DNA of 64,000 bases, taken from positions 1-64,000 of the IMG/VR virus record IMGVR_UViG_3300002026_002465. One strand, given 5' to 3'. Positions 34,018 through 42,762 of this stretch are shown here, piece after piece (position 1 is the stretch's first letter; every line of letters begins with the position of its first letter). The notes under the pieces are model-generated. The model did no database searches. It was not told where the DNA came from and saw nothing but the letters and a program-made list of their open reading frames with translations. The translations under genes were made by a program, and so were the position numbers. This stretch comes from a virus.

Positions 34018-34404
34018 ATGGTTGATAAAGCAATTTTGTGTGTTGATGATGAAGCTATACTTTTAATGGCACTTACTTATGAACTTAGAAAAAATTTTGG
34101 AGATACATTCATTTATGAAAAAGCTATAAATGCTGACGAGGCCTTTGGAATAATTGAGGATATTAAAAAAGAAGGAATTCCCCTTATTATGATAATATCT
34201 GATTGGTTAATGCCAGGAATTAAAGGAGATGAATTCCTTGAAATTATTCATGAAAAATATCCTGAAATTAAAGCTATAATGATAACAGGTCATGCTGACC
34301 TTGAATCACTTGAAAAAGTTAAAGCAAACCAATCAGTAATAGGCATACTTAAAAAACCATGGGATGCTCTTGAATTAAAGAATTTAATTAGTAGTATAAT
34401 ATAG
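34018..34404 (+). CDS. Stand-alone response regulator receiver domain
   Basis: ILCVDDE, IISDWLMPG, IMITGH, ILKKPW - all canonical residues present. Confidence 0.92.
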   Translation: MVDKAILCVDDEAILLMALTYELRKNFGDTFIYEKAINADEAFGIIEDIKKEGIPLIMIISDWLMPGIKGDEFLEIIHEKYPEIKAIMITGHADLESLEKVKANQSVIGILKKPWDALELKNLISSII

Positions 34405-34413
34405 GAGTTTCAA

Positions 34414-34686
34414 TTGATTTATGTTTATAGGTTTGATTGTAAGAAAGGATGTAAAATAGATTGTAAGATGGAGACTGATATTAAAGATGTTTCTAAATTA
34501 CTTAAAATGACATGTCCTGTGTGTGGTGCGAGAATATATAAGAATGATGAAAAGACAACTATTATTAATCCAAAACTTAAAACAAAACAAAGTAAAACAG
34601 AAGAAAAAGAACAAGAAATAGAAAAAAGATTGATTCATAAAGAGAAAAACAAAAAGATAAAAGAGAAAGGAGCTTCTGTAGTATAG
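34414..34686 (+). CDS. Zinc-ribbon protein; stop lies inside tRNA-Arg
   Basis: CKKGC...CPVCG. Confidence 0.55.
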   Translation: MIYVYRFDCKKGCKIDCKMETDIKDVSKLLKMTCPVCGARIYKNDEKTTIINPKLKTKQSKTEEKEQEIEKRLIHKEKNKKIKEKGASVV

Positions 34687-34743
34687 CGGATAGTATACAA
34701 GATTGCGAATCTTGTGGTGGTAGTTCGACTCTACCCAGAAGCA
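34672..34743 (+). tRNA. trnR: tRNA-Arg(GCG)
   Basis: GCTTCTG/CAGAAGC; CAAGA-TTGCGAA-TCTTG. Confidence 0.85.
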
Positions 34744-34750
34744 TAAAAAT

Positions 34751-35068
34751 ATGGAATATATAAGTCAAGAAGAAATATATAAACTAAATCAATCTCATAT
34801 AACAAAAGAAGAAAGAAAACTTCTTTATATTTTAAAGCTATTCAAGTTAAATAAACCAGACCATTATGAGGTATTCAAAAAGTCACTATCTCAACAAGAA
34901 ATTGAATATATAGAAGATCTTATATTCAAAAGAGAAGGAGAAGATACAATAGAAACATTGGGTGTTCATGATTTAAATGCAACCATAATGAAAAAAGTTG
35001 AAAGAGCTATTGGTGTAATTGATCAAAAATTATTAACAGATTTTAGAATAATTATATGGGAATCTTAA
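34751..35068 (+). CDS. Hypothetical protein
   Basis: 105-aa ORF. Confidence 0.55.
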   Translation: MEYISQEEIYKLNQSHITKEERKLLYILKLFKLNKPDHYEVFKKSLSQQEIEYIEDLIFKREGEDTIETLGVHDLNATIMKKVERAIGVIDQKLLTDFRIIIWES

Positions 35069-35097
35069 TTTAGATTTTACATATCATGTAGTATAAT
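35069..35097 (+). promoter_or_regulatory. Class 1 promoter TTTAGA-N17-TATAAT
   Basis: Upstream of HNH gene. Confidence 0.7.
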
Positions 35098-35120
35098 AAG
35101 ACCATGAAAAGGAGGAAATC

Positions 35121-35753
35121 ATGGAAGCCATTCTTCAGAATCAAGTATTGAAATTGAACAAAAACTATCAGCCCCTTGAAATTATCACAGCAAAAGAAGC
35201 ATTTTCTCTCCTTTGGAGTGAAATTGCAGAGGTTGTTACGGTAGAAGATGGGTCATATGCAAATCATACATTTGATTCATGGGCTGAAATATCTGAGCTT
35301 AAAGAAATGCTTGGTGATTGGACTGACCTTGATGAATGGATCCATACTCCTTCTTTAACTCTTGAAGTTCCTAGAGTTATTCGTGTTTTGACATTTAGTG
35401 ATATTCCAAAATTTGGACTCAAACTTACAAGAAAGAATATTTATTTTAGAGATGGAAATGTTTGTCAGTATTGTGGTAAAAAGTTTTCTACGATTGATCT
35501 TAATATTGATCATGTTATTCCAAAATCCCAAGGTGGAAAAAACACTTGGGAAAATTTAGCATGTTCTTGTATTAAATGTAATCAAAAAAAGAAAAACAGA
35601 ACACCAGAAGAAGCAAACATGAAATTGATAACCATACCTGTAAAGCCAAAACACAACCCTCATTTGACGGTTCATATTGGACATGAAAAATATTCCTCTT
35701 GGAAGAATTTTATTTCTGAAATATATTGGACAGTTGAACTTGATCAGAGTTAA
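35121..35753 (+). CDS. HNH endonuclease (McrA-like, zinc-binding)
   Basis: RDGNVCQYCG, IDHVIPKSQGG, WENL...CIKCN..K. Confidence 0.9.
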   Translation: MEAILQNQVLKLNKNYQPLEIITAKEAFSLLWSEIAEVVTVEDGSYANHTFDSWAEISELKEMLGDWTDLDEWIHTPSLTLEVPRVIRVLTFSDIPKFGLKLTRKNIYFRDGNVCQYCGKKFSTIDLNIDHVIPKSQGGKNTWENLACSCIKCNQKKKNRTPEEANMKLITIPVKPKHNPHLTVHIGHEKYSSWKNFISEIYWTVELDQS

Positions 35754-35942
35754 ACTTCAGAAATAAAACGTATTTAAGACACTTTTTGACTATTTTATAT
35801 AAATCATGATATGAAGTTAATAATAGAATATGATGAAAAATATCATAATTCACCTCAGCAAAAAGAAAGAGATGAAATAAGACAACAAGAAATACAAGAA
35901 TTATATTCTGATTATAAGTTTAGAAGAATTAAAGATTAATAA

Positions 35943-35968
35943 GAGAGGCCGAAAGGCCTCTTTTTTTT
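35943..35968 (+). terminator. Intrinsic terminator
   Basis: GAGGCC-GAAA-GGCCTC then T-tract. Confidence 0.85.
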
Positions 35969-35981
35969 GCATATATAGAAT

Positions 35982-36374
35982 ATGGAGTATTTATATATAA
36001 ATAGAATATTAACTGTTTTTAATGAACTCGGGTTTAATTATTTCCATATGAATGTTGCACACACTATTTTATTAAAAACAGAACCAGATATTACACAAAA
36101 TGCAGTTTTTAAGAGTTTTCAAAGAGCAAGATGTGATAAATATGTAACTGAGTTGTCATACATTGATAAATATAGAATTGAAGATTTTTATAAACTTTCT
36201 ACACCTCTAAAAAGTAGAGGTGTTTGGTATTTTCAACCGAATAATTTGAATAATATTATAACAAGGTTTCCAAACTGTGTAAAAGAAGAAGACTTCCCAA
36301 GATATGCTAAATACTTATTAAATAATGAAAGCGAAATAAAAAGAAAACTATTAACACACTATCATACAAGATAA
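35982..36374 (+). CDS. Hypothetical protein
   Basis: 130-aa ORF. Confidence 0.6.
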   Translation: MEYLYINRILTVFNELGFNYFHMNVAHTILLKTEPDITQNAVFKSFQRARCDKYVTELSYIDKYRIEDFYKLSTPLKSRGVWYFQPNNLNNIITRFPNCVKEEDFPRYAKYLLNNESEIKRKLLTHYHTR

Positions 36375-36378
36375 TAGT

Positions 36379-36747
36379 ATGGAAGATCAATCATGGACTG
36401 GATGTCCAAAATGTGGATATACTTTAGCAACTGAAAGTTTCTCATCTAATGGAGAAGCCTCTATACAATGTTATCTATGTTCTTTTTATGAAGACTTTTC
36501 AGATATACAAGTAGGATATTATGATTCTAAAGAAGAAAAAGAAGACTATGAAAAAGAATTACAAAAAAATAACCACACACCATCTAAAGAACAATTAATG
36601 GCTGCAAAAAAAATAACAAGAACATTATCTAGTTTAAATGTTAAAATAAATAAAGATGATCTTATTCAAGTTATTGAAACTTCTGTTATAAATGGAGTTG
36701 CTGATATAAATATATTTTGTAAAGAAATGGTAAAAATTATTATATGA
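36379..36747 (+). CDS. Zinc-ribbon-containing protein
   Basis: CPKCG...CYLC. Confidence 0.6.
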   Translation: MEDQSWTGCPKCGYTLATESFSSNGEASIQCYLCSFYEDFSDIQVGYYDSKEEKEDYEKELQKNNHTPSKEQLMAAKKITRTLSSLNVKINKDDLIQVIETSVINGVADINIFCKEMVKIII

Positions 36748-37034
36748 AATTAATACCTGAATATTCTTGGCAAGATTTTGAATTATATAAAATTACAAGA
36801 TATATGATATGTGTGTTTGAAACAGATATATTAAATCAAGAATATTATATAATATATAATAATGATAACAAATTAGCTGGCGTTTTTATTACTAAAGCTG
36901 GATTTGAACAAATTTGGTTTTTAAAAACACAGAAAATGCAACAACAAGCAATTAAACATTGTATTAAAATAATATTTGAAGAAGGTAATGGATCTGTTGA
37001 ATTTAGATTCATAAAAGAAATATATGAAAGCTGA
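36744..37034 (+). CDS. Hypothetical protein
   Basis: ATGA overlap. Confidence 0.55.
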   Translation: MKLIPEYSWQDFELYKITRYMICVFETDILNQEYYIIYNNDNKLAGVFITKAGFEQIWFLKTQKMQQQAIKHCIKIIFEEGNGSVEFRFIKEIYES

Positions 37035-37221
37035 ATGTGAATTATTCCCAGATTGTAAATTTGCTAAAGAGTATATTCAAGATGAAAAATCCCCATGGTA
37101 TATAAAATTCTGTAATGGTGATTTTAAATCATGTAAAAGGCATATTTATTGTTGTAATAGGTTTAAAACAGGTGGTAAATCACTCCCTGTTAATTTTGCA
37201 CCAACAGGATCATTATTTTGA
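37024..37221 (+). CDS. Small Cys-rich protein
   Basis: CELFPDCKF...YIKFCNGDFKSCKR...PVNFAP. Confidence 0.55.
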   Translation: MKAECELFPDCKFAKEYIQDEKSPWYIKFCNGDFKSCKRHIYCCNRFKTGGKSLPVNFAPTGSLF

Positions 37222-37359
37222 ATAAATGGAAAAATATAAATAAAATAAAACAACAGTCTTGCATGTCAATAATGTCAATAATGGCAAAATCAAACAATAT
37301 GAAAGTTGATGATTATGTTTCATTTAGGTTGGCTTTAGAGTTGTTAAAAGGGGTAAATA

Positions 37360-38058
37360 ATGGCAGAGAAAATGAAAACTTTAGTAGCTTTAATTCTGGA
37401 CAAATCAGGATCCATGCAGCATATTACACAGTATGCTATAAATAATTTTAATGAACAACTTCAAACATTAAAAGAACAAAGTAATTCACCAGAGATAAAG
37501 GCAAAGAAGGTTTTACTTGCAGCAGATCCTAACGATGTAGAAGATGGAATTGAAACAAAGGTTTCAATTGTTTTATTTAATCACAGTATTGACACCATCC
37601 TTTTTGATGCTAATATTGATAATGTTTCTGAGATAACAGAAAATGAATATATGCCATCAGGCAACACTGCTTTGTTTGATGCAATTGGTGCTACTATTGA
37701 TAAATTTCTTGGGCACTATGATTTAACAGATCCAAACATTGGGGTGTTGTTTGTTATTATAACAGATGGTCAAGAAAATAGTTCCAAGAATTATTCTGGC
37801 AAAGAAGGTTCTAAGAGGTTAAAGAGTGTTATAGAAGAATTAAAGGCCACTGGTAAGTGGACATTTACATTTCTAGGAACATCTGATGCTCTAGATCAAG
37901 CTGAAGAAATTGGAATTAATAATAGAATGGCATTTGAAGCATCTGATATTGGTCTTAAGACTATGTCAGTTGCACAAAATGAAGCGACCGCTCATTATTA
38001 TAGTGCAAGGAGAATGAATAAATCTACAAGTGTTGAAGATTTTTATTCATCAAAATAA
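37360..38058 (+). CDS. von Willebrand factor A domain protein
   Basis: ILDKSGSM MIDAS, TALFDAIG, IITDGQENSS. Confidence 0.9.
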   Translation: MAEKMKTLVALILDKSGSMQHITQYAINNFNEQLQTLKEQSNSPEIKAKKVLLAADPNDVEDGIETKVSIVLFNHSIDTILFDANIDNVSEITENEYMPSGNTALFDAIGATIDKFLGHYDLTDPNIGVLFVIITDGQENSSKNYSGKEGSKRLKSVIEELKATGKWTFTFLGTSDALDQAEEIGINNRMAFEASDIGLKTMSVAQNEATAHYYSARRMNKSTSVEDFYSSK

Positions 38059-38074
38059 ATTATTCTTTTTAATT

Positions 38075-38103
38075 AAAGACACCTTTTTTAGGTGTCTTTT
38101 TTT
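38075..38103 (+). terminator. Intrinsic terminator
   Basis: AAAGACACCT-TTTT-AGGTGTCTTT then T-tract. Confidence 0.8.
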
Positions 38104-38385
38104 ATTTTTCTTGTTATTTATCATAAGATAGTTTTAATAATGGAGGAACTACTTATATGATTATAACAAACAACCTGAAGCGTTATCTGAAATTGTATAA
38201 AATGAATGAGGAAAATGTTGACAATGATCAAACTGATATTATTGCTGAACAAATGGAAGAACTATATTACAAGTTAGATGAAGATGAACTGGCTTATTTA
38301 GAAGAAAAACAAATTATATAACATTTTATTGAAAAAATAACAAAGATAATTTAATATAAATACAATCTATAAGGAGATTATTACT

Positions 38386-38973
38386 ATGATGAAAGACTTT
38401 TTAGAAGGACTAGAGGCTAACGCTGGAAAGATTATTTCTGAAGCAGGAGATGCAGGTGCAGAAGGCGGACAAACTTTCGCCGATGTTGCAGTTGGTGCAA
38501 AATGGGGATATATTCCTCAACCAAAGGGAGCAACAATTTCTGATGCTAATACAGGAAAAGCTGGTTTTGGTTCAGTTGGATCAAGCCTTTTGTTCATTAA
38601 AGAACACAGCCCAGATAACTGGGATATTGTTGTTTTCAAGTTTAATAAGGGTGTTGCTATGGGAGCAGCTTCTGATAAAGCTGCTGCCGCTGCTCTTAGA
38701 AAGAGAGGACCTACTGCTGAAGAGGGTGGAGTTAAGAAAGAGGCTAAAGAAATTGCAAGATATATGGCTCTCACAGAATCAATTCTTAATGGCAAACCAA
38801 TGAATGAAGCCGCTGCAAAAGCTGCCAATGTTGAAGGATGGACAGAATTACTTTCTAATACAGATTGGAAGGTATCAAAAACACTCAAGGGATTAAAGTT
38901 CTCAGAACTTCTTGACAAATGTGTTGCTGTTGTAACTCCAAAAGAAGGTGGAGCAAAGTCATTCCTTAATTAA
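38386..38973 (+). CDS. Ala/Gly-rich protein, candidate internal virion protein
   Basis: Own RBS and terminator; N-terminal DFLE/IISE motifs. Confidence 0.55.
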   Translation: MMKDFLEGLEANAGKIISEAGDAGAEGGQTFADVAVGAKWGYIPQPKGATISDANTGKAGFGSVGSSLLFIKEHSPDNWDIVVFKFNKGVAMGAASDKAAAAALRKRGPTAEEGGVKKEAKEIARYMALTESILNGKPMNEAAAKAANVEGWTELLSNTDWKVSKTLKGLKFSELLDKCVAVVTPKEGGAKSFLN

Positions 38974-38983
38974 TTAAAATTTT

Positions 38984-39009
38984 AATCCTCCTCGCAAGAG
39001 GAGGATTTT
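38984..39009 (+). terminator. Intrinsic terminator
   Basis: AATCCTCCTC-GCAA-GAGGAGGATT. Confidence 0.8.
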
Positions 39010-39031
39010 ATATTTTCTTAGGAGAAACAAA

Positions 39032-41854
39032 ATGGATCTTAAAGAATTTTTAAACGAAAATCTAACTTCTCAAGAAACAATTGATGAAGGTATAAAAGAA
39101 ATAGCATCAGGACTTGTTAATAAAATTAAATCTGTATATAAAGCTGCAAAAGCGTCTGTCGTTAAAATAGGCGATAGAGTTTTTGGTATTTTTATTAAAA
39201 ATGGCGAATCTGGAATAACAGATGGAGCTGGTATTGAAAGAGTTCATATTACTGAAAAAGTTGAAGGTGGATTGAGATTTTATGGTCTTGGATTTACAAA
39301 TGGAACAAGACTTTCTAAATCTGCAAATGAATCAATTTTTACAGAATTAAAATCAAAATTATTTGAAAATGATGATCCATTAAATATATCACCAAATGCA
39401 TCAGATCAATCACCTGATGATGAATTTAAAAGTGACAAAACTGCCAGTATAAAACACATGTTTGGTTTAGGTGGTCAATTAAAAGATACTAAAATTGATC
39501 AAACATATAAGCAATTTTATGAAGGTAAGCCAGATGGTTCAATTTCTGTTGAACAAATGAAAAATCTATTTGGAAGATTAGCCTTTCAAGTAAAATTTAG
39601 AACAAGACAATCACAATACATTCCATCAATTCTTGTTTTTGGTTCTCCAGGTGAAGCAAAAACTGCTATTGGTTCTCAAGTTGCAAGAATGATTGGTGCG
39701 AGATATAAATCAATTGAAGTTGCATCTATTTATACTGAAATTTTCGGTGGTATGCCAATATCACAAGATGTATATGATGTAGAAACTGGAAGAACAAGAT
39801 CAGAAGGTAAAATTACAAGAAAAATTGGCAATATGCTTTTTGAAGGTTCTGAAAAAGATATGGACAAATCAAAAGGAAAATATGGACTTGTTCAACAAGT
39901 TTTAGTAGGTGATAATGGAATTGTTGGTGAAATAACATCATCACAAGAACAAGGAGCCTTATTAGCATTACAATCAATTTATCTCAAAAGAACATTAACT
40001 GGTGTTTGGGATGATTCATATAAATCAGTTAAAGGCAAACTTATTAATCTTGGATATGAATTTGAAGGTAAATCAAAGAATGAAGGAAGAGTGTATTCTG
40101 GTGTCTATATAACTGAAGCTGATGGACAAAAAGTTACTCAACAAAAGAAAAAGATTGTTGAGCTCGTTCCTGTAAAGGGTGTATTACCAGATCCTGGAAA
40201 TAAAGATCCTTGGGTTCTTGCTCTTGATGAATTCTCAAGAACAGATAAAAAAATGTCAGCTGTTATGAACCTTCTTTTAACTGGTGCAATTGGTACTATT
40301 TACTTTCTTCCATTAAAAACAATTGTTTGTGCAACATCTAACCTTGGTGGTAAAGGTAGTTCAGATGATTCAGACGGTGAAGAAGTATCAAAAATAACTG
40401 GTGCTATGTTAACTCGTTTTAGTTATGTTGTAAAAGTTCAAGGTAAGATTAATGATTCTGTTTCTTATATTATGGGAAGTATGACTAAAATGCCTTCTGA
40501 TAAAGAAGAACCTGATTATGATCCTCTTGATGATACTGAAGAATGGGAAATTAAACACAAGAACTTTGAATTAACTCCAGAATTAGCAAGTAAATGGAAG
40601 GGTATGATCCCTCCTGCATTATGGTTAAATTATATAATTAGAAATGGATTAGAACAGGGTCAATATCATAGACAATCACTTGAGAGTTTCCAAACAGGAA
40701 CTCCAGTTAAAATTAATCCTCGTGTTGTTGATCGTGTTGCAAAAAATGTTTCAATGGCAGCATTACAAGACTGGGAAAGTGGTGATTTAGTAAAACCAGT
40801 TGGTATGGCAAAAGCACCATCAAAAGAATGGTATGAAAAAGAGTATAAAAAAGAAGAAGTTCCAATATTTGATGCAGAAGAAAATAAATGGACAAAGAAA
40901 ATTCTTCCATCAGCTCAAGCCTATTATATGATGATAAATCAAGGTAATAGAAGATATTTAGAAATATTGAAGGCTTCATTAATGAAGGGTGGTCAAGAAG
41001 TTCTCGCTGATTTAGAATCTTCTCATGAAAAAACTCAAAAAGAAATGATTCTTGGTGATACTGATCAAATATTAACAAGACATGTTGAAACAGCATTAAA
41101 GTTTAATAAAGATGATGATAAACTTGCTCAATTAGAAACTGTTGCTCGTTCAGCAAAAGATATTGTATTAGATGAAATGCCTAGAAAAATTGTAAAAATT
41201 GGTAATATTGAAAACTATAAAAAACTTATTAAGGGTATAGATTTAAAGAAACTTGGATTTAACAATGAATACTGGTATCTTGCAGCTAATATATGGAGAT
41301 TCACAGATGATGCAATGTGTTCTGGCGATGAAATTGCAGGTCTTGCTATATCTCTTGGACAGGCTTTAGCTGATTCAGAAAATGAAAAAACATCAGAATT
41401 TATTGCAACACTTTTATCAGTTCTTGCAGATGATGTTAAATATAAATCAGCAATTAGTAAGCTTGATAATATTGATCTTAAAGATTTTAATTTTGATGAT
41501 AAGGGTGATGATGATGATATTGATGATATTCTTGGTGAAGCTAAAATATGGGAAGCAAAATTATTGAAAGACAGAGGATCAGCTAGTCATTTTAAAAATG
41601 GTGTTAAAAAGTTTATTAATATTCAACTCCATCAATTAAAAAGAACTGATTTCTTTGATGATTTTAATTCTTATGTTACTACCCTTCCGGGAACAAAAAT
41701 TGAAAACTATCTAAAGGGTATTTGGATGGCAACAAGAAAAGAATGGTTCATTCCAGTTGAAGTTCCAGCAGAAAGAAAACAGGATAAAGTAGCAACAGAA
41801 AGCATATTTATTGAAACAGGATTAAAAAAACTTTTTGAAAATATAAGGGGTTAG
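39032..41854 (+). CDS. Large MoxR-related AAA+ ATPase (system 1)
   Basis: Variant Walker A GSPGEAKT, Walker B LALDEFSR, sensor-1 ATSN, AMLTRF arginine finger, INPR; large insertions. Confidence 0.75.
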   Translation: MDLKEFLNENLTSQETIDEGIKEIASGLVNKIKSVYKAAKASVVKIGDRVFGIFIKNGESGITDGAGIERVHITEKVEGGLRFYGLGFTNGTRLSKSANESIFTELKSKLFENDDPLNISPNASDQSPDDEFKSDKTASIKHMFGLGGQLKDTKIDQTYKQFYEGKPDGSISVEQMKNLFGRLAFQVKFRTRQSQYIPSILVFGSPGEAKTAIGSQVARMIGARYKSIEVASIYTEIFGGMPISQDVYDVETGRTRSEGKITRKIGNMLFEGSEKDMDKSKGKYGLVQQVLVGDNGIVGEITSSQEQGALLALQSIYLKRTLTGVWDDSYKSVKGKLINLGYEFEGKSKNEGRVYSGVYITEADGQKVTQQKKKIVELVPVKGVLPDPGNKDPWVLALDEFSRTDKKMSAVMNLLLTGAIGTIYFLPLKTIVCATSNLGGKGSSDDSDGEEVSKITGAMLTRFSYVVKVQGKINDSVSYIMGSMTKMPSDKEEPDYDPLDDTEEWEIKHKNFELTPELASKWKGMIPPALWLNYIIRNGLEQGQYHRQSLESFQTGTPVKINPRVVDRVAKNVSMAALQDWESGDLVKPVGMAKAPSKEWYEKEYKKEEVPIFDAEENKWTKKILPSAQAYYMMINQGNRRYLEILKASLMKGGQEVLADLESSHEKTQKEMILGDTDQILTRHVETALKFNKDDDKLAQLETVARSAKDIVLDEMPRKIVKIGNIENYKKLIKGIDLKKLGFNNEYWYLAANIWRFTDDAMCSGDEIAGLAISLGQALADSENEKTSEFIATLLSVLADDVKYKSAISKLDNIDLKDFNFDDKGDDDDIDDILGEAKIWEAKLLKDRGSASHFKNGVKKFINIQLHQLKRTDFFDDFNSYVTTLPGTKIENYLKGIWMATRKEWFIPVEVPAERKQDKVATESIFIETGLKKLFENIRG

Positions 41855-41856
41855 CA

Positions 41857-42753
41857 ATGTTTTTAGATATATTAAAATATGAAATGTTAACTGAAGAAAC
41901 AAGAATTTCTTCACTACCAAAAAAGTTTTCTAATTTCTTACTTTATTTAAGAGCCGCAGAACCAGTAACCTATGAATTATTAAAAAACTTTACAGATTAC
42001 TGGTGGATGGAAAATTCAACTGGTGAGGATGGTTCTGTTAGAGAAGCCACGATGGGTGTTGCTATGCATCAAGGAAGATTACAATTTTATATTGGAAAAG
42101 GGTTTTATAGTAGACTTTCAATATCACAATTAGCATTCCTTATGTATCATGAATTAGCTCATTATAAAAGAGGTCATTGTAACAATAATTTTAATCTTGG
42201 TAAAGCTAACCACAACTTGGCAAATATTTGTGAAGATATTTATATTAATGAAGATGCTAATAGAGATGGTTATTTTGCTCTCGTTCCATTAAAATTTGTT
42301 GATGGTGTTTTAATGAAAAAATCAGGAAAATATCGTGGTGCAACAGGTCAAGGTATAGATAAATATGGTAAAGTAAATGGACTAACATTAAATGAAAAAG
42401 ATTATATGCCAATAGCTGACTCAGCTGAACTATATGTATACCTCTCAAAAGAACATGATAAACAAGGTAAACCACCAGAGAAAAAACCTGGTAAAGATGG
42501 TGAAGGTGGTAAAGGTGGAGAAGGTGGTGAAGGTGATCCACCTCCTCCAAGATTTCCTAAAAGAGGTGATATTGTTAAAGGTCCTGATGGAACATATGGA
42601 AGAGTAAACAATGTTGTTGGAAACGTTATAAAAGAAATAGAACCACTTACAGAACAAGAGGCTATGGATATAGTCAAGAAAAAAATTTCTTTTATGGCAA
42701 TAAAAACACGAAAAAATATGATGACATTAAAAGATCCAATTGATATAGCTTGA
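41857..42753 (+). CDS. Putative HExxH metallopeptidase (DUF2201 N-terminal-like)
   Basis: ATMGV, YHELAHYKRGH, ANICEDIYIN. Confidence 0.8.
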   Translation: MFLDILKYEMLTEETRISSLPKKFSNFLLYLRAAEPVTYELLKNFTDYWWMENSTGEDGSVREATMGVAMHQGRLQFYIGKGFYSRLSISQLAFLMYHELAHYKRGHCNNNFNLGKANHNLANICEDIYINEDANRDGYFALVPLKFVDGVLMKKSGKYRGATGQGIDKYGKVNGLTLNEKDYMPIADSAELYVYLSKEHDKQGKPPEKKPGKDGEGGKGGEGGEGDPPPPRFPKRGDIVKGPDGTYGRVNNVVGNVIKEIEPLTEQEAMDIVKKKISFMAIKTRKNMMTLKDPIDIA

Positions 42754-42762
42754 GGAGATAAT

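Noticed and set aside
38517-38918. 133-aa minus-strand ORF and overlapping +1-frame ORF 38450-38803
   Set aside because: Shadows of the Ala/Gly-rich 38386 gene; no RBS and no recognisable motifs.
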